A stretch of DNA of 64,000 nucleotides, from NCBI GenBank assembly GCA_905207235.1, contig CAJLKN010000001.1, positions 31,302-95,301 of the forward strand, in the 5' to 3' direction. A program made the position numbers and the translations under genes. This document shows, in pieces, positions 55,202 to 64,000 of the stretch (position 1 is the first letter of the stretch; the number at the start of each line of letters is the position of its first letter). Under the pieces are notes generated by a model that ran no database searches, was not told where the DNA came from, and saw only the letters and a list, made by a program, of their open reading frames with translations. The stretch comes from an uncultured Eubacteriales bacterium. GTDB taxonomy: Bacteria > Bacillota > Clostridia > Christensenellales > Borkfalkiaceae.

Positions 55202-56128
55202 TTATTTTTTATCCGCATTCATCCTGCCCGACACGGCTTGCTGCGTCAACAGCTCGATATATCTTTCGGAAAGTGCCGAAAGCACGGTTTTATTGTGCGT
55301 TACATAGCCAATTTCCATATAATCGTCAACATCGAGCGGTATGGCGACAATATTGTTCCAGTTAAGCTCGCCGTTGATAATTCCGCTCGAAATGGTATAA
55401 CCTTCGAGACCGACGAGGCAGTTGAAAAGAGTGGCTCTGTCCCTCACCCTTATATTTTTTGCCGAATAGCGGACGGAAAGAATTTCCTCTGCAAAATAGA
55501 AAGAATTGTGCTCGCCCTGTTCGAAAGTCAGGCAGGGATAAGGCGCGAGGTCGTCGATCGAAACGCTCTTTTTTTGCGTCAGCGGATGACCTTTCGCCAC
55601 GAAAACGTGCGGCAAAGCCGTTATAACGGGAGTGAATTTCAAATCGTTTTCTTTGAGCACTTTTAAAATTACTGCGCGGTTGAAATCGTTAAGATACAGC
55701 ACGCCGACCTGACTGCGGAGAGATGCGACATCTTCGATTATTTCGTAAGTCTGCGTTTCGCGCAGGCGGAAATCGTATTCGTCCGCGCCCGCCTCTCGAA
55801 TTAAAGAAATAAAGGCATCTACGGCAAAAGAATAGTGCTGGCAAGAAACGCAGAAATTGCGCTTTCTGCGCTTTGCTCCCTTATACTTCTCCTCGAGCAG
55901 GTTCATCTGCTCCGAAACCTGACGGGCATAGGACAAGAACTCCTCCCCCTCGGGCGTAAGTTCCACCCCGCGGTTGGTGCGGTTGAATATCGTTATACCC
56001 AACTCCTCTTCGAGCTCTCTCACCGCCTGGGTGAGGCTGGGCTGGGAGACAAATAATTTTTTCGCCGCAAGGCTTATTTTGCCCTCCTGCGCTATGCAAA
56101 TGGCGTATTTTATCTGTTGAAAAGTCAT
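55202..56128 (-). CDS. LysR-family transcriptional regulator
   Basis: N-terminal HTH (ICIAQEGKISLAAKKLFVSQPSLTQAVRELEEELG) and a LysR substrate-binding domain. Confidence 0.75.
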   Translation of the reverse strand: MTFQQIKYAICIAQEGKISLAAKKLFVSQPSLTQAVRELEEELGITIFNRTNRGVELTPEGEEFLSYARQVSEQMNLLEEKYKGAKRRKRNFCVSCQHYSFAVDAFISLIREAGADEYDFRLRETQTYEIIEDVASLRSQVGVLYLNDFNRAVILKVLKENDLKFTPVITALPHVFVAKGHPLTQKKSVSIDDLAPYPCLTFEQGEHNSFYFAEEILSVRYSAKNIRVRDRATLFNCLVGLEGYTISSGIINGELNWNNIVAIPLDVDDYMEIGYVTHNKTVLSALSERYIELLTQQAVSGRMNADKK

Positions 56129-56179
56129 AAAAACCGTAAAAACCCGCGGCATAAAATGCCGCGGGTAAATTATTATTTT

Positions 56180-56401
56180 TTATAATGTGCTGAGAACGGC
56201 TACGAGGTCGCCGACGGTGTGTATTCCGCTTACTTTGTCGTCGGGAATGGTCTTGCCCGTCTCGTCTTCGAGGGTCATGAGCATTTCGACTATATCGAGG
56301 CTGTCTGCGCCAAGGTCTTCGATGATATTGCTGTCAAGCGTTATTTTGGAAACGGGAATATCAAGCTGCTCGGAAAGCAGTTTTGCTATCTCTTCAAACA
56401 T
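56180..56401 (-). CDS. acpP: acyl carrier protein
   Basis: DLGADSLD phosphopantetheine-attachment motif in a 73-aa acidic protein. Confidence 0.8.
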   Translation of the reverse strand: MFEEIAKLLSEQLDIPVSKITLDSNIIEDLGADSLDIVEMLMTLEDETGKTIPDDKVSGIHTVGDLVAVLSTL

Positions 56402-56430
56402 TTACAATTCTCCTTGAATTTTATAATAAA

Positions 56431-56459
56431 ATTTTACAATAAAGCGGGCTTACTGTCAA
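56431..56459 (-). promoter_or_regulatory. sigma-A promoter (TTGACA-17-TAAAAT) for acpP
   Basis: Consensus hexamers about 25 nt upstream of the acpP ATG on the minus strand. Confidence 0.5.
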
Positions 56460-56468
56460 GTACTTTAT

Positions 56469-58625
56469 TTAATTTGCCTGCTTTTTGACTTGTTTGAGCG
56501 ACAAACCTATGCGCTGTTTTTTGACGTCGAGGTTGATTATAACCGCCTTTACCCTCTGCCCGACTTTTAAAACGTCGGAAGGGTGCCTGATATATCTGTC
56601 GCTTATTTCCGAAACGTGAACGAGCCCGTCCTGATGAACGCCGATATCTATGAACGCGCCGAAGTCGATGACGTTTCTGACCGTTCCCTCTACTTCCATA
56701 CCGACCGCAAGGTCTTCAATGCCCATAATGTCGCGCCTTAATTTGGGTGCGGGAAGGCTGTCGCGCACGTCCCTGCCGGGCTTTATGAGCTCGTTGACGA
56801 TATCTTTCATCGTGGCTTTATCCAGCCCGCAGTATTGAGCGGCTTTGTCCTCGCCGAAGGCTTTGACCTTTTCGGGCAGATCGCCGAGATTGTTGTTCTT
56901 GACGTCGTCAGTCGTATAACCGAAGAGCGAAAGAAGTTTTTCAGCCTTTTCATAACTTTCGGGGTGAACGGCGGTGTTGTCGAATATATTCTTTCCGCCG
57001 GGAACCCTTAAAAAGCCTGCGCACTGCTCGAACGCCTTTGCGCCCAGTTTTGAAACCTTTAAAAGTTGCTTGCGCTCGGTAAACGCGCCGTTTTCTTCGC
57101 GGTAGGCGACTATATTTTTCGCAATGCCCGAATTGAGCCCCGCGACATACTTTAAAAGGGACACGCTGGCCGTGTTGAGGTCAACGCCGACGGAGTTTAC
57201 GCAATCTTCGAGCACGCCGCCGAGAACGCTGTCTAGGCGCTTTTTGTCCATGTCGTGCTGGTACTGACCGACGCCGATAGACTTGGGATCAATTTTTATA
57301 AGCTCTGCGAGGGGATCCTGCAATCTTCGCGCAATGGAAATTGCCGAACGCAGCGTCAGGTCGTAATCGGGGAATTCCTCGACGGCGAGAGGGCTGGCCG
57401 AATATACGCTGGCGCCCGCTTCGTTGACGACGGCATAACTTACGTCGGCGGTGAGTTCTTTTAAAAGCTCCGCGACGAAGATTTCCGTCTCCTTGCTCGC
57501 CGTGCCGTTGCCTATGGCGATGACGTTGACGCCGTATTTTAATATCAGATCTTTGACAATTTTTTTGCTTTCTTCAATTTTATTGTGGGGCGGAACGGGA
57601 TAAATTACCGAAGTCGCAAGCACTTTGCCAGTGCTGTCAACTACCGCTACTTTGCAACCCGTGCGATAACCGGGGTCGAGCCCCATAGTAACCTTGCCCT
57701 TTACGGGAGGCTGCAAAAGAAGGGGGCGAAGATTGACTTCGAACATCTTTATAGCCTGCTCCGACGCCCTGTCGGTAAGAATTGCGCGCACTTCGCGCTC
57801 TATCGACGGTTCTATCAATCTGTCGTAACCGTCGTCCGCCGCCTCTGTTATTATCTTTGCGCAGTCGCCGTCGGAATGGACGTATTTCGAGGCGCACACG
57901 CGCTTTGCAAGGTCGGGATTGAAATAGAGCTTTACTTTGAGGCAGCCCTCTTTTTCTCCCCTGTTTATGGCGAGCACTCTGTGATTTTTTATTTCGGGAA
58001 CGAGCTCGGCATAGTCTGCGTACATCGCATATGTACCCTTTTCGTCGTCCTGAACCATTTTAACCTGCACTTCGCCGTGATTTTCGAAGAGAGTGCGCAG
58101 CTTTTTGCGCAGTTCCGCGTTGTCAGATATAATTTCCGCAATTATGTCGCGTGCGCCGTCGATCGCCTCGGCAACGCTGTTTACGCCCTTTTCGGCGTTG
58201 ACATACTTTTCCGCTTCGGCGTAAGGGTCGCCCTCCTGCGCGAGAATGAAATCCGCGAGAGGTTTTAAACCCTTTTCCGTCGCGACGGAAGCCCTCGTCT
58301 TTTTCTTCTGTTTGAAGGGGCGGTAAACGTCCTCGATTTCCGTGAGGGTTGAGCAAGCCTCGATTGCGGCGGCAATTTCGTCAGTCATTTTTTCCTGCTC
58401 GGTTATTGCCTTGGCAACCTCTTCCTTGCGCTTTTTGAGGTTTAAAAGATATTCGTATCTGTCGGCAAAGTTGCGCAGCACCTGATCGTCTATCGCGCCC
58501 GTCATTTCCTTGCGGTAACGCGCGATAAACGGTATCGTGTTGCCTTCGTCGAGCAATTCGACTACATTTTTTGCATGTTCGGGGCGAAGATTGAATTCGT
58601 TTGTGAGTTGCTGTAAAATTTCCAT
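56469..58625 (-). CDS. tex: Tex-like transcription accessory protein (YqgF/RuvC-like, HhH and S1 domains)
   Basis: 718 aa with a C-terminal S1 domain (GMEVEGTVRNVIDFGAFIDIGVHQDGLVHVSE). Confidence 0.85.
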   Translation of the reverse strand: MEILQQLTNEFNLRPEHAKNVVELLDEGNTIPFIARYRKEMTGAIDDQVLRNFADRYEYLLNLKKRKEEVAKAITEQEKMTDEIAAAIEACSTLTEIEDVYRPFKQKKKTRASVATEKGLKPLADFILAQEGDPYAEAEKYVNAEKGVNSVAEAIDGARDIIAEIISDNAELRKKLRTLFENHGEVQVKMVQDDEKGTYAMYADYAELVPEIKNHRVLAINRGEKEGCLKVKLYFNPDLAKRVCASKYVHSDGDCAKIITEAADDGYDRLIEPSIEREVRAILTDRASEQAIKMFEVNLRPLLLQPPVKGKVTMGLDPGYRTGCKVAVVDSTGKVLATSVIYPVPPHNKIEESKKIVKDLILKYGVNVIAIGNGTASKETEIFVAELLKELTADVSYAVVNEAGASVYSASPLAVEEFPDYDLTLRSAISIARRLQDPLAELIKIDPKSIGVGQYQHDMDKKRLDSVLGGVLEDCVNSVGVDLNTASVSLLKYVAGLNSGIAKNIVAYREENGAFTERKQLLKVSKLGAKAFEQCAGFLRVPGGKNIFDNTAVHPESYEKAEKLLSLFGYTTDDVKNNNLGDLPEKVKAFGEDKAAQYCGLDKATMKDIVNELIKPGRDVRDSLPAPKLRRDIMGIEDLAVGMEVEGTVRNVIDFGAFIDIGVHQDGLVHVSEISDRYIRHPSDVLKVGQRVKAVIINLDVKKQRIGLSLKQVKKQAN

Positions 58626-58629
58626 ATTC

Positions 58630-59298
58630 CTATCTCTTTAAATTAATAAGATTATTTTTCTGCGCGGTAGAAAGACGGTAGCTTTCGCGCGCTTTTGAAA
58701 TCGCTTTGTTGTGAGTTCTCGCGTCCAGTCTGCACTCTTTTAAGAACGCTGTGCCAACATCGTAAAATTTAATCAGAACTTCCGCCATGAGCCACGCCGC
58801 ACCCATATGTACGTAATACTGCTTTGTGTCCGCGCGCGAAAGGCAGGAAAAAATTATATCAAGATATTCCTCGCTGACATAAAAATGAAGGAGCGTCGTG
58901 AGCGCGTATCTTTGATAAAATTCCCGACCGTCATCCATATATTTATTTATGTAAGTAAGGAATTCCTGTTTATGTGAGGATATGCAATTTGCTTTAAAGC
59001 AATCGCAGCTTGCCCAGTTATCTATAACAGATACGCAGTAATCTGCAAGTTTGATAAACTCGTCATACTTTTTAGAGGAAGCAACCGTCAGCTTTATAAA
59101 AGTTACTTCGTACCATTCGTCTGGAAACGAAAAAACTTCATCGTCGTTTTTAAACTGTTTAGCGACAGCCCTCAACTGAGGAACGCGGACGCCCATGACG
59201 TTAACAGACGGGTTGTTGAGAAGTTTTTTGTTGAAATCCCTGTATTTCTCGTCCGCAAGGCTATTGAGTTGGTCCAAAAGTTGAGTATAACTCGTCAT
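58630..59298 (-). CDS. DNA alkylation repair protein (AlkD-like HEAT-repeat glycosylase family)
   Basis: AlkD-like helical repeat pattern. Start set at MTSYTQLLDQL (AAGGAG SD) rather than the longer ORF. Confidence 0.6.
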   Translation of the reverse strand: MTSYTQLLDQLNSLADEKYRDFNKKLLNNPSVNVMGVRVPQLRAVAKQFKNDDEVFSFPDEWYEVTFIKLTVASSKKYDEFIKLADYCVSVIDNWASCDCFKANCISSHKQEFLTYINKYMDDGREFYQRYALTTLLHFYVSEEYLDIIFSCLSRADTKQYYVHMGAAWLMAEVLIKFYDVGTAFLKECRLDARTHNKAISKARESYRLSTAQKNNLINLKR

Positions 59299-59752
59299 AC
59301 CACTCCTTGTAATCGAAACGGGTATTTGCAGGGCTGGTTGAGCACAGCTTTTTATATGGCACGCCAATGTCGGAATAGTATTTTAAAAATATTTCGTAGG
59401 CTTTGCCGCCGTTTAAAATTATCTTTTCTATCGGGCAGACTTTTAGAAGCGACTTTATGTCCGCGACAGAAAAATTTTTTATAGTGCTGTCGGAGCTTGC
59501 GTGTATTTCGCAAAGCGTTACGATGTCCCACAGCGCTATTTTTCTTTTAGTAAGGAATTCCTGCTTTTCCTTTATGGTTGTCGGCAATCCGTCTTTGAAA
59601 AAGCCTGCGAGAGTTTTCCAGAAGGCATTGCGAGGATTTCCGTAATAAAATCCTGTATCGCGGCTTTTTACCGACGGAAAGCTGCCTAAAATGAGCAATC
59701 TGCTGTCGGCATTTGCAAAGGGCTGAAACCCTTCCTTCTTCTGCCCGCTCAC
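59261..59752 (-). CDS. uracil-DNA-glycosylase-superfamily protein (DNA-deoxyinosine glycosylase-like, family 6)
   Basis: Contains LILGSFPSVKS...YYGNPRNAFW, a UDG-superfamily signature. Confidence 0.6.
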   Translation of the reverse strand: MSGQKKEGFQPFANADSRLLILGSFPSVKSRDTGFYYGNPRNAFWKTLAGFFKDGLPTTIKEKQEFLTKRKIALWDIVTLCEIHASSDSTIKNFSVADIKSLLKVCPIEKIILNGGKAYEIFLKYYSDIGVPYKKLCSTSPANTRFDYKEWYDELYSTFGPTQ

Positions 59753-60981
59753 AGAGGCTTGTCCGTCTTGCCGACGAGGGCAGTCGCCCTGTATTTGTCG
59801 TCAAAGTTATATTCAAGCGCTTCAAAAACGTCGTTTAACGTAACTTCGTTTATCTTTTTCACGCGGTCTTCGAAGTTATAGATATTTCCGCTGTAAATGA
59901 GCTCTTTGCCGTAGAGAAGCATTTGCGAACTCGTGCTCTCCTGCGCAAAAATCTGTGAAGATAACAGCTGCTCTTTGCCCCTTTTGAACTCAACCTCGGT
60001 TATATCCTTGTTTTTAAGGCGGGAAATGCATTTATCTATCGCCTCTACCGACTGAAGATAGTTTTCGGCGTTTACACCCGCATAAATGACGAGAGAGCCC
60101 GTGTCTTTATATGAAGTGAGATAAGAATAGACGGTATAAGCAAGTCCGAGCTTTTCCCTGACTTCCTGAAAGAGCCTTGACGACATGCTTCCGCCCAGCA
60201 CCGAATTGACTATGAGCGTCGCGTCGGCGAGGCGCTCGTACCTCTTCATGGAGGGATAAGCTATGCCAATGTGAACCTGCTCTATATCCTTGCTCCTGAC
60301 AAGCGATTTTGACTGCAATCTGACATCTACTGTACGGGTCTTGCCACTGCCCTTTGGCATATCGGAAAAATACTTTTCGACCATAGCCTGCGCGGCTTCG
60401 GCAGTTATGTTGCCCGCCATGGAAATTACAATGTTGTCGGGCGTGTATCTTTCGGACATATAAGCGAGTATGTCGGCTTTTTTGAAGGAGCGGACGTTCT
60501 TTTTGGGACCTAAAATATTCCTGCCGTAGTTGGTTTCGCCGAAGAACGCCTTGCCGAGGATATCGAGGCAGAGGTCGTCGGGGGTGTCCTCGTTCATGGA
60601 AATTTCCTCTAACACGACGCCCTTTTCCCTCTTTATTTCCTCCGAAGGGAATGTCGAATGAAGAAAAATATCCGAAAGTATTTCAAACGCCTCTTCGGCG
60701 TGTCCCGAAGTCGATTTTGCGTAATAGCAGGTTATGTCCTTGCCCGTAAAAGCGTTTACCTGCGCGCCGATTGCGTCCATTTCGTCCGAAATCTGAAAAG
60801 CCGAACGCTTTTCCGTTCCCTTGAACATCATGTGTTCGATAAAGTGCGAAATTCCGTCCTCGGCGTCGCTTTCGACGCAGGCGCCCGTTCCTACTATTAT
60901 GCCCATGGAGACGGACATAAGTCCGCTCATCTGCTTTACTATAAGTCTTATACCGTTATCTAACTGTTTGTAGTGTACCAT
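59749..60981 (-). CDS. M16-family (insulinase-like) zinc peptidase
   Basis: Inverted zinc motif HFIEHMMFKGT (HxxEH) in a 410-aa protein. Confidence 0.8.
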   Translation of the reverse strand: MVHYKQLDNGIRLIVKQMSGLMSVSMGIIVGTGACVESDAEDGISHFIEHMMFKGTEKRSAFQISDEMDAIGAQVNAFTGKDITCYYAKSTSGHAEEAFEILSDIFLHSTFPSEEIKREKGVVLEEISMNEDTPDDLCLDILGKAFFGETNYGRNILGPKKNVRSFKKADILAYMSERYTPDNIVISMAGNITAEAAQAMVEKYFSDMPKGSGKTRTVDVRLQSKSLVRSKDIEQVHIGIAYPSMKRYERLADATLIVNSVLGGSMSSRLFQEVREKLGLAYTVYSYLTSYKDTGSLVIYAGVNAENYLQSVEAIDKCISRLKNKDITEVEFKRGKEQLLSSQIFAQESTSSQMLLYGKELIYSGNIYNFEDRVKKINEVTLNDVFEALEYNFDDKYRATALVGKTDKPL

Positions 60982-61685
60982 TATTCTCCTAAGTTCTGCG
61001 GCACGGTTACGGTTTTAAGACCGTTTGCCGCTATGTAATCAAGTATGCGCGGAAGAGCACTGACGCTCACGTCCATGGGGTGCATTAAAATAAATTCGCC
61101 CGAAGTAAGCCCGCTCGTCGCCCTTTGGTAGATTAAGTCTGTATCGCTGTCCCGCCAGTCAATGGTGTCGCGCGACCACATAATGACTTTAAGGTCGAGC
61201 GTCGCGCAGGCTGAAAGGGTATTGTCGTTGAATGCGCCCGAAGGCGGGGCAAACAGCGCAGTTTTTACGCCGAGAATGGCATCCAGAAGCTGGATGCTCG
61301 GCTTAATTTCATCAAAATTCTGACGATAGTTCATCGACGAATGGTCTTTATGGAAATATCCGTGCGAACCCACCGCGTGTCCGCGGGCGTAAATTTCCCT
61401 CACGCAGTCAACGTTGTCGTCCGCCCAGCTTCCGCCGAGAAAAAATGTGGCTTCGGCCTGATATTCGTCGAGGATATCGAGAATTTTATATACGTTAGCC
61501 GTATTCTGATAGACGTTGAACATAATAGATACGCCCTGCGGATTTTCTTCGGCGCGATAATAAAGATTTGAATTGTCGCCCGAAACTTCCACCGCTCCGC
61601 CTCCCGCAAAGCCGACTATGCATGTTGCCGCTATGACAGCGCAGAGACAGAGATTGACGGCTATTGTTATAAGTTTGCTTTTCAA
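60981..61685 (-). CDS. polysaccharide deacetylase (NodB-homology domain), secreted/membrane-anchored
   Basis: N-terminal hydrophobic anchor and NodB motifs (TFFLGGSWAD; HGYFHKDH). Confidence 0.75.
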   Translation of the reverse strand: MKSKLITIAVNLCLCAVIAATCIVGFAGGGAVEVSGDNSNLYYRAEENPQGVSIMFNVYQNTANVYKILDILDEYQAEATFFLGGSWADDNVDCVREIYARGHAVGSHGYFHKDHSSMNYRQNFDEIKPSIQLLDAILGVKTALFAPPSGAFNDNTLSACATLDLKVIMWSRDTIDWRDSDTDLIYQRATSGLTSGEFILMHPMDVSVSALPRILDYIAANGLKTVTVPQNLGE

Positions 61686-61752
61686 AATAAGTTTACCCCT
61701 TAATTAAATATACTATTAATATTTTATTTAAGGAGCAGACGATTTTTGCTTA

Positions 61753-64000
61753 TTATTTCAACGTAATTATTGTTACGCCCGTTTCGCCCTCGCCGTATTT
61801 GCCGAGGCGGAAACTTTTGACGTTTTTATGCCTTTTGAGGTGCTGGGCTATGGCGGAGCGCAACTTGCCCGTGCCGACGCCGTGGATAACTTTTATTTCT
61901 TCGAGGTTATCCATCACCGCTTTGTCTATAAAATTATCGACCTCGTAGAGCGCTTCCTCAACAGTCATGCCTAAAACATTTAATTCGAGCATGGGCGCAG
62001 ACGGCGAAAATGAGCCGCTCTTTTTGACTTTAACCTCAGTTTTTCTGCGCGCAGGCGCGGAGCAAACGAGCTGTAAATCGGCAATCTTGCAGCGCAGTTT
62101 AATGCTGCCGCACGCCACTTCCGCCTCGCCGTTTTTGGCATTGACGGACAAAACCTGTCCTACCGACTGCATTGTCCTTACAAAGACTTCCGAGCCGACT
62201 TTGATGTTTTCCGCAGTCGCCTGCTTGTAATCGGTAACCGTTTCAACGCTGTCGTCTTCGCCGTAAGCGGCGTCAGAAAGTTTGTTCCTGAGCGTGCGCG
62301 CCTTTATAAGGTCGCTCTGGCTGAGCTCTTCCTTTTCAAACAGCTTTTCCATTTCGGAAAGCATCTCTTCCGCGCGGGCGGTGCGCTCGTTTATAATTCT
62401 TCTGCTCTCCGCCCTTGCCGTGGCATTCAGCTTTTCGCGCTGTTTGTTCAACGCGTCTATCTGTCTGTTGACTTCGGCAAGTTTTGCCTGCCACTGGTCG
62501 GAAAGAGCCTGCGCCTCGGCAAGTTTTTTCTGCGCTTTGATGCGGCTCTCCTCCGCCTTTCTCACTATATTTTCGAAGGCCTTGCCGCCCTCCGAAAGGT
62601 AACCGACTGCCTTATCGAGAATTTTTTCGTCGAGCCCTAGTCTTCGGCATATTGCAAGGGCGTTGCTCGCGCCGGGAAGACCTATTTTTATGGAATAAAG
62701 GGGTTTTAACGTGCTTGCGTCGAACTCCATTGAGGCGTTTTCTATGCCGTCAACCGAATAAGCAAATTCTTTTAAAGGCGTAAAGTGCGTTGTAATAATT
62801 CCGCGGCAACCGAGGTTCAAAAAGTATTCGACTATCGCCTTCGCAAGCGCCTGACCCTCGTCGGGGTTAGTGCCGCCGCCCAGTTCGTCAATTAGGACAA
62901 GGCTGTTTTTATCTGCCTTTCTGCACATGTCGATAACCGTCGTAATGTGGCTGGAAAACGTGGAAAGGCTCTCTTCGATGCTCTGGCTGTCGCCGACGTC
63001 GCAGAAAATATCGTCGAACACGCAGACCGCGCTGCCCTCCGCGGCGGGAATGAACAGTCCGCACGCCGCCATAAGGCAAAAAAGTCCGCACATTTTGAGC
63101 GTTACCGTCTTGCCGCCCGTATTGGCGCCGCTTATCAAAAGGAAGTTATAACTCCCTCCGAGTTCTAGCGACACGGGCACGACCTTATCTTTATCGATTA
63201 AAGGGTGTCTGCCCTTTATTATGTTGATGTAACCGCGGTTATTGACCTGCGGACAGGTACATTTTTTTACGTAGCAATATTCTGCTCGGGCATAAAAACT
63301 TTCAATCTCCGCGAGAATGCTCATGTCGTATTCAAGGCGTTCGGAGAGAGCTCCCACCCTCGCGGAAAAATTGCTCAATATGCGCTCAATTTCCTCCCTT
63401 TCGTCTATCTGAAGGGCGACGAGCTCGTTGTTCAGTTCGAGCACGTACTCTGGTTCGATAAAAAAGGTTGCGCCCGACTGCGAGCGGTCGTGAACAAGAC
63501 CTTTTACGCGCGATTTGTGCTCGGCTTTGACGGGTATAACGTATCTGTCTCCCCTCATCGTTACAATGCCGTCCTGAAGATACTGCGCGTCCTTTCCCGA
63601 AACGTATTCCGAAAGTTTAGCCCTTATTCTTTCGTTGAGGTTGCGTATCCTTGAACGTATGGAATAGAGCGCGTCGCTTGCATAGTCTGATATTTCGTCG
63701 TCGGACAATATTGCCGAAGTTATGTCGTCTTCAAGGTTTTTATCGAAATACAGCCTCGCCGCGTCCGATTTTATTTTTACAATCTCCTCGTCTTCAACCG
63801 AACTTATGGAAGTATATGCAATGCGCGCAGAGCGCAACAGGCAATTTACGGCGAGCAGTTCGGCGCAGGAAAGCGTCGATTTTTTAGCCGCCCTTTTTAA
63901 AAGGTCGGAGACATCGGAAAAGTATTCGATTTTCCCCAGACCGTAGCGATAGAGCAGTTTATCGCATTCGGCGGTACGCGAAAGGAGCTCCCTCACTTCC
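61753..64000 (-). CDS. mutS2: endonuclease MutS2 (C-terminal Smr domain), N-terminus lies beyond the window end
   Basis: Walker A GANTGGKT, a coiled-coil region, and a C-terminal Smr domain (KVIHGVGTGKLRSA). Confidence 0.85.
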   Translation of the reverse strand, partial: EVRELLSRTAECDKLLYRYGLGKIEYFSDVSDLLKRAAKKSTLSCAELLAVNCLLRSARIAYTSISSVEDEEIVKIKSDAARLYFDKNLEDDITSAILSDDEISDYASDALYSIRSRIRNLNERIRAKLSEYVSGKDAQYLQDGIVTMRGDRYVIPVKAEHKSRVKGLVHDRSQSGATFFIEPEYVLELNNELVALQIDEREEIERILSNFSARVGALSERLEYDMSILAEIESFYARAEYCYVKKCTCPQVNNRGYINIIKGRHPLIDKDKVVPVSLELGGSYNFLLISGANTGGKTVTLKMCGLFCLMAACGLFIPAAEGSAVCVFDDIFCDVGDSQSIEESLSTFSSHITTVIDMCRKADKNSLVLIDELGGGTNPDEGQALAKAIVEYFLNLGCRGIITTHFTPLKEFAYSVDGIENASMEFDASTLKPLYSIKIGLPGASNALAICRRLGLDEKILDKAVGYLSEGGKAFENIVRKAEESRIKAQKKLAEAQALSDQWQAKLAEVNRQIDALNKQREKLNATARAESRRIINERTARAEEMLSEMEKLFEKEELSQSDLIKARTLRNKLSDAAYGEDDSVETVTDYKQATAENIKVGSEVFVRTMQSVGQVLSVNAKNGEAEVACGSIKLRCKIADLQLVCSAPARRKTEVKVKKSGSFSPSAPMLELNVLGMTVEEALYEVDNFIDKAVMDNLEEIKVIHGVGTGKLRSAIAQHLKRHKNVKSFRLGKYGEGETGVTIITLK

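Overview
This 64 kb window reads as ordinary Firmicutes (Clostridia-like) core chromosome, about 50% GC and densely coding, mostly on the minus strand. No mobile element, CRISPR array or recognisable defence island was found.

Recognisable content:
- A complete histidine operon (yerC-like – hisZ-G-D-C-B-H-A-F-IE), with a separate hisK.
- adhE, nfnAB, a ywlC/ywlE/ywlF-like cluster (tsaC, LMW phosphatase, rpiB) and the replicative helicase dnaB.
- dnaE-pfkA-pfkB, whiA, murB, the infC-rpmI-rplT ribosomal operon, thrS and leuS.
- Two isolated tRNAs, Leu(CAG) and Thr(GGT), each with a canonical sigma-A promoter and a terminator.
- Three cis-regulatory RNAs: a preQ1-I riboswitch with a terminator platform ahead of a YhhQ-type queuosine-precursor transporter; a T-box leader ahead of thrS; and an unclassified terminator/antiterminator-like leader directly abutting the RBS of a MATE efflux gene.

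Other loci worth a second look:
- A Cys/Gly-rich YjcZ-like micro-protein.
- A 567-aa DnaD-like protein with four tandem repeats and a Cys4 C-terminus.
- A CocE/NonD-like hydrolase-fold protein without a GxSxG serine.
- A roughly 340-nt gene-free island between two terminators.
- A TrpR/YerC-like gene translationally coupled to the head of the his operon.

All calls come from reading the sequence and recalling family motifs. No database search was run.
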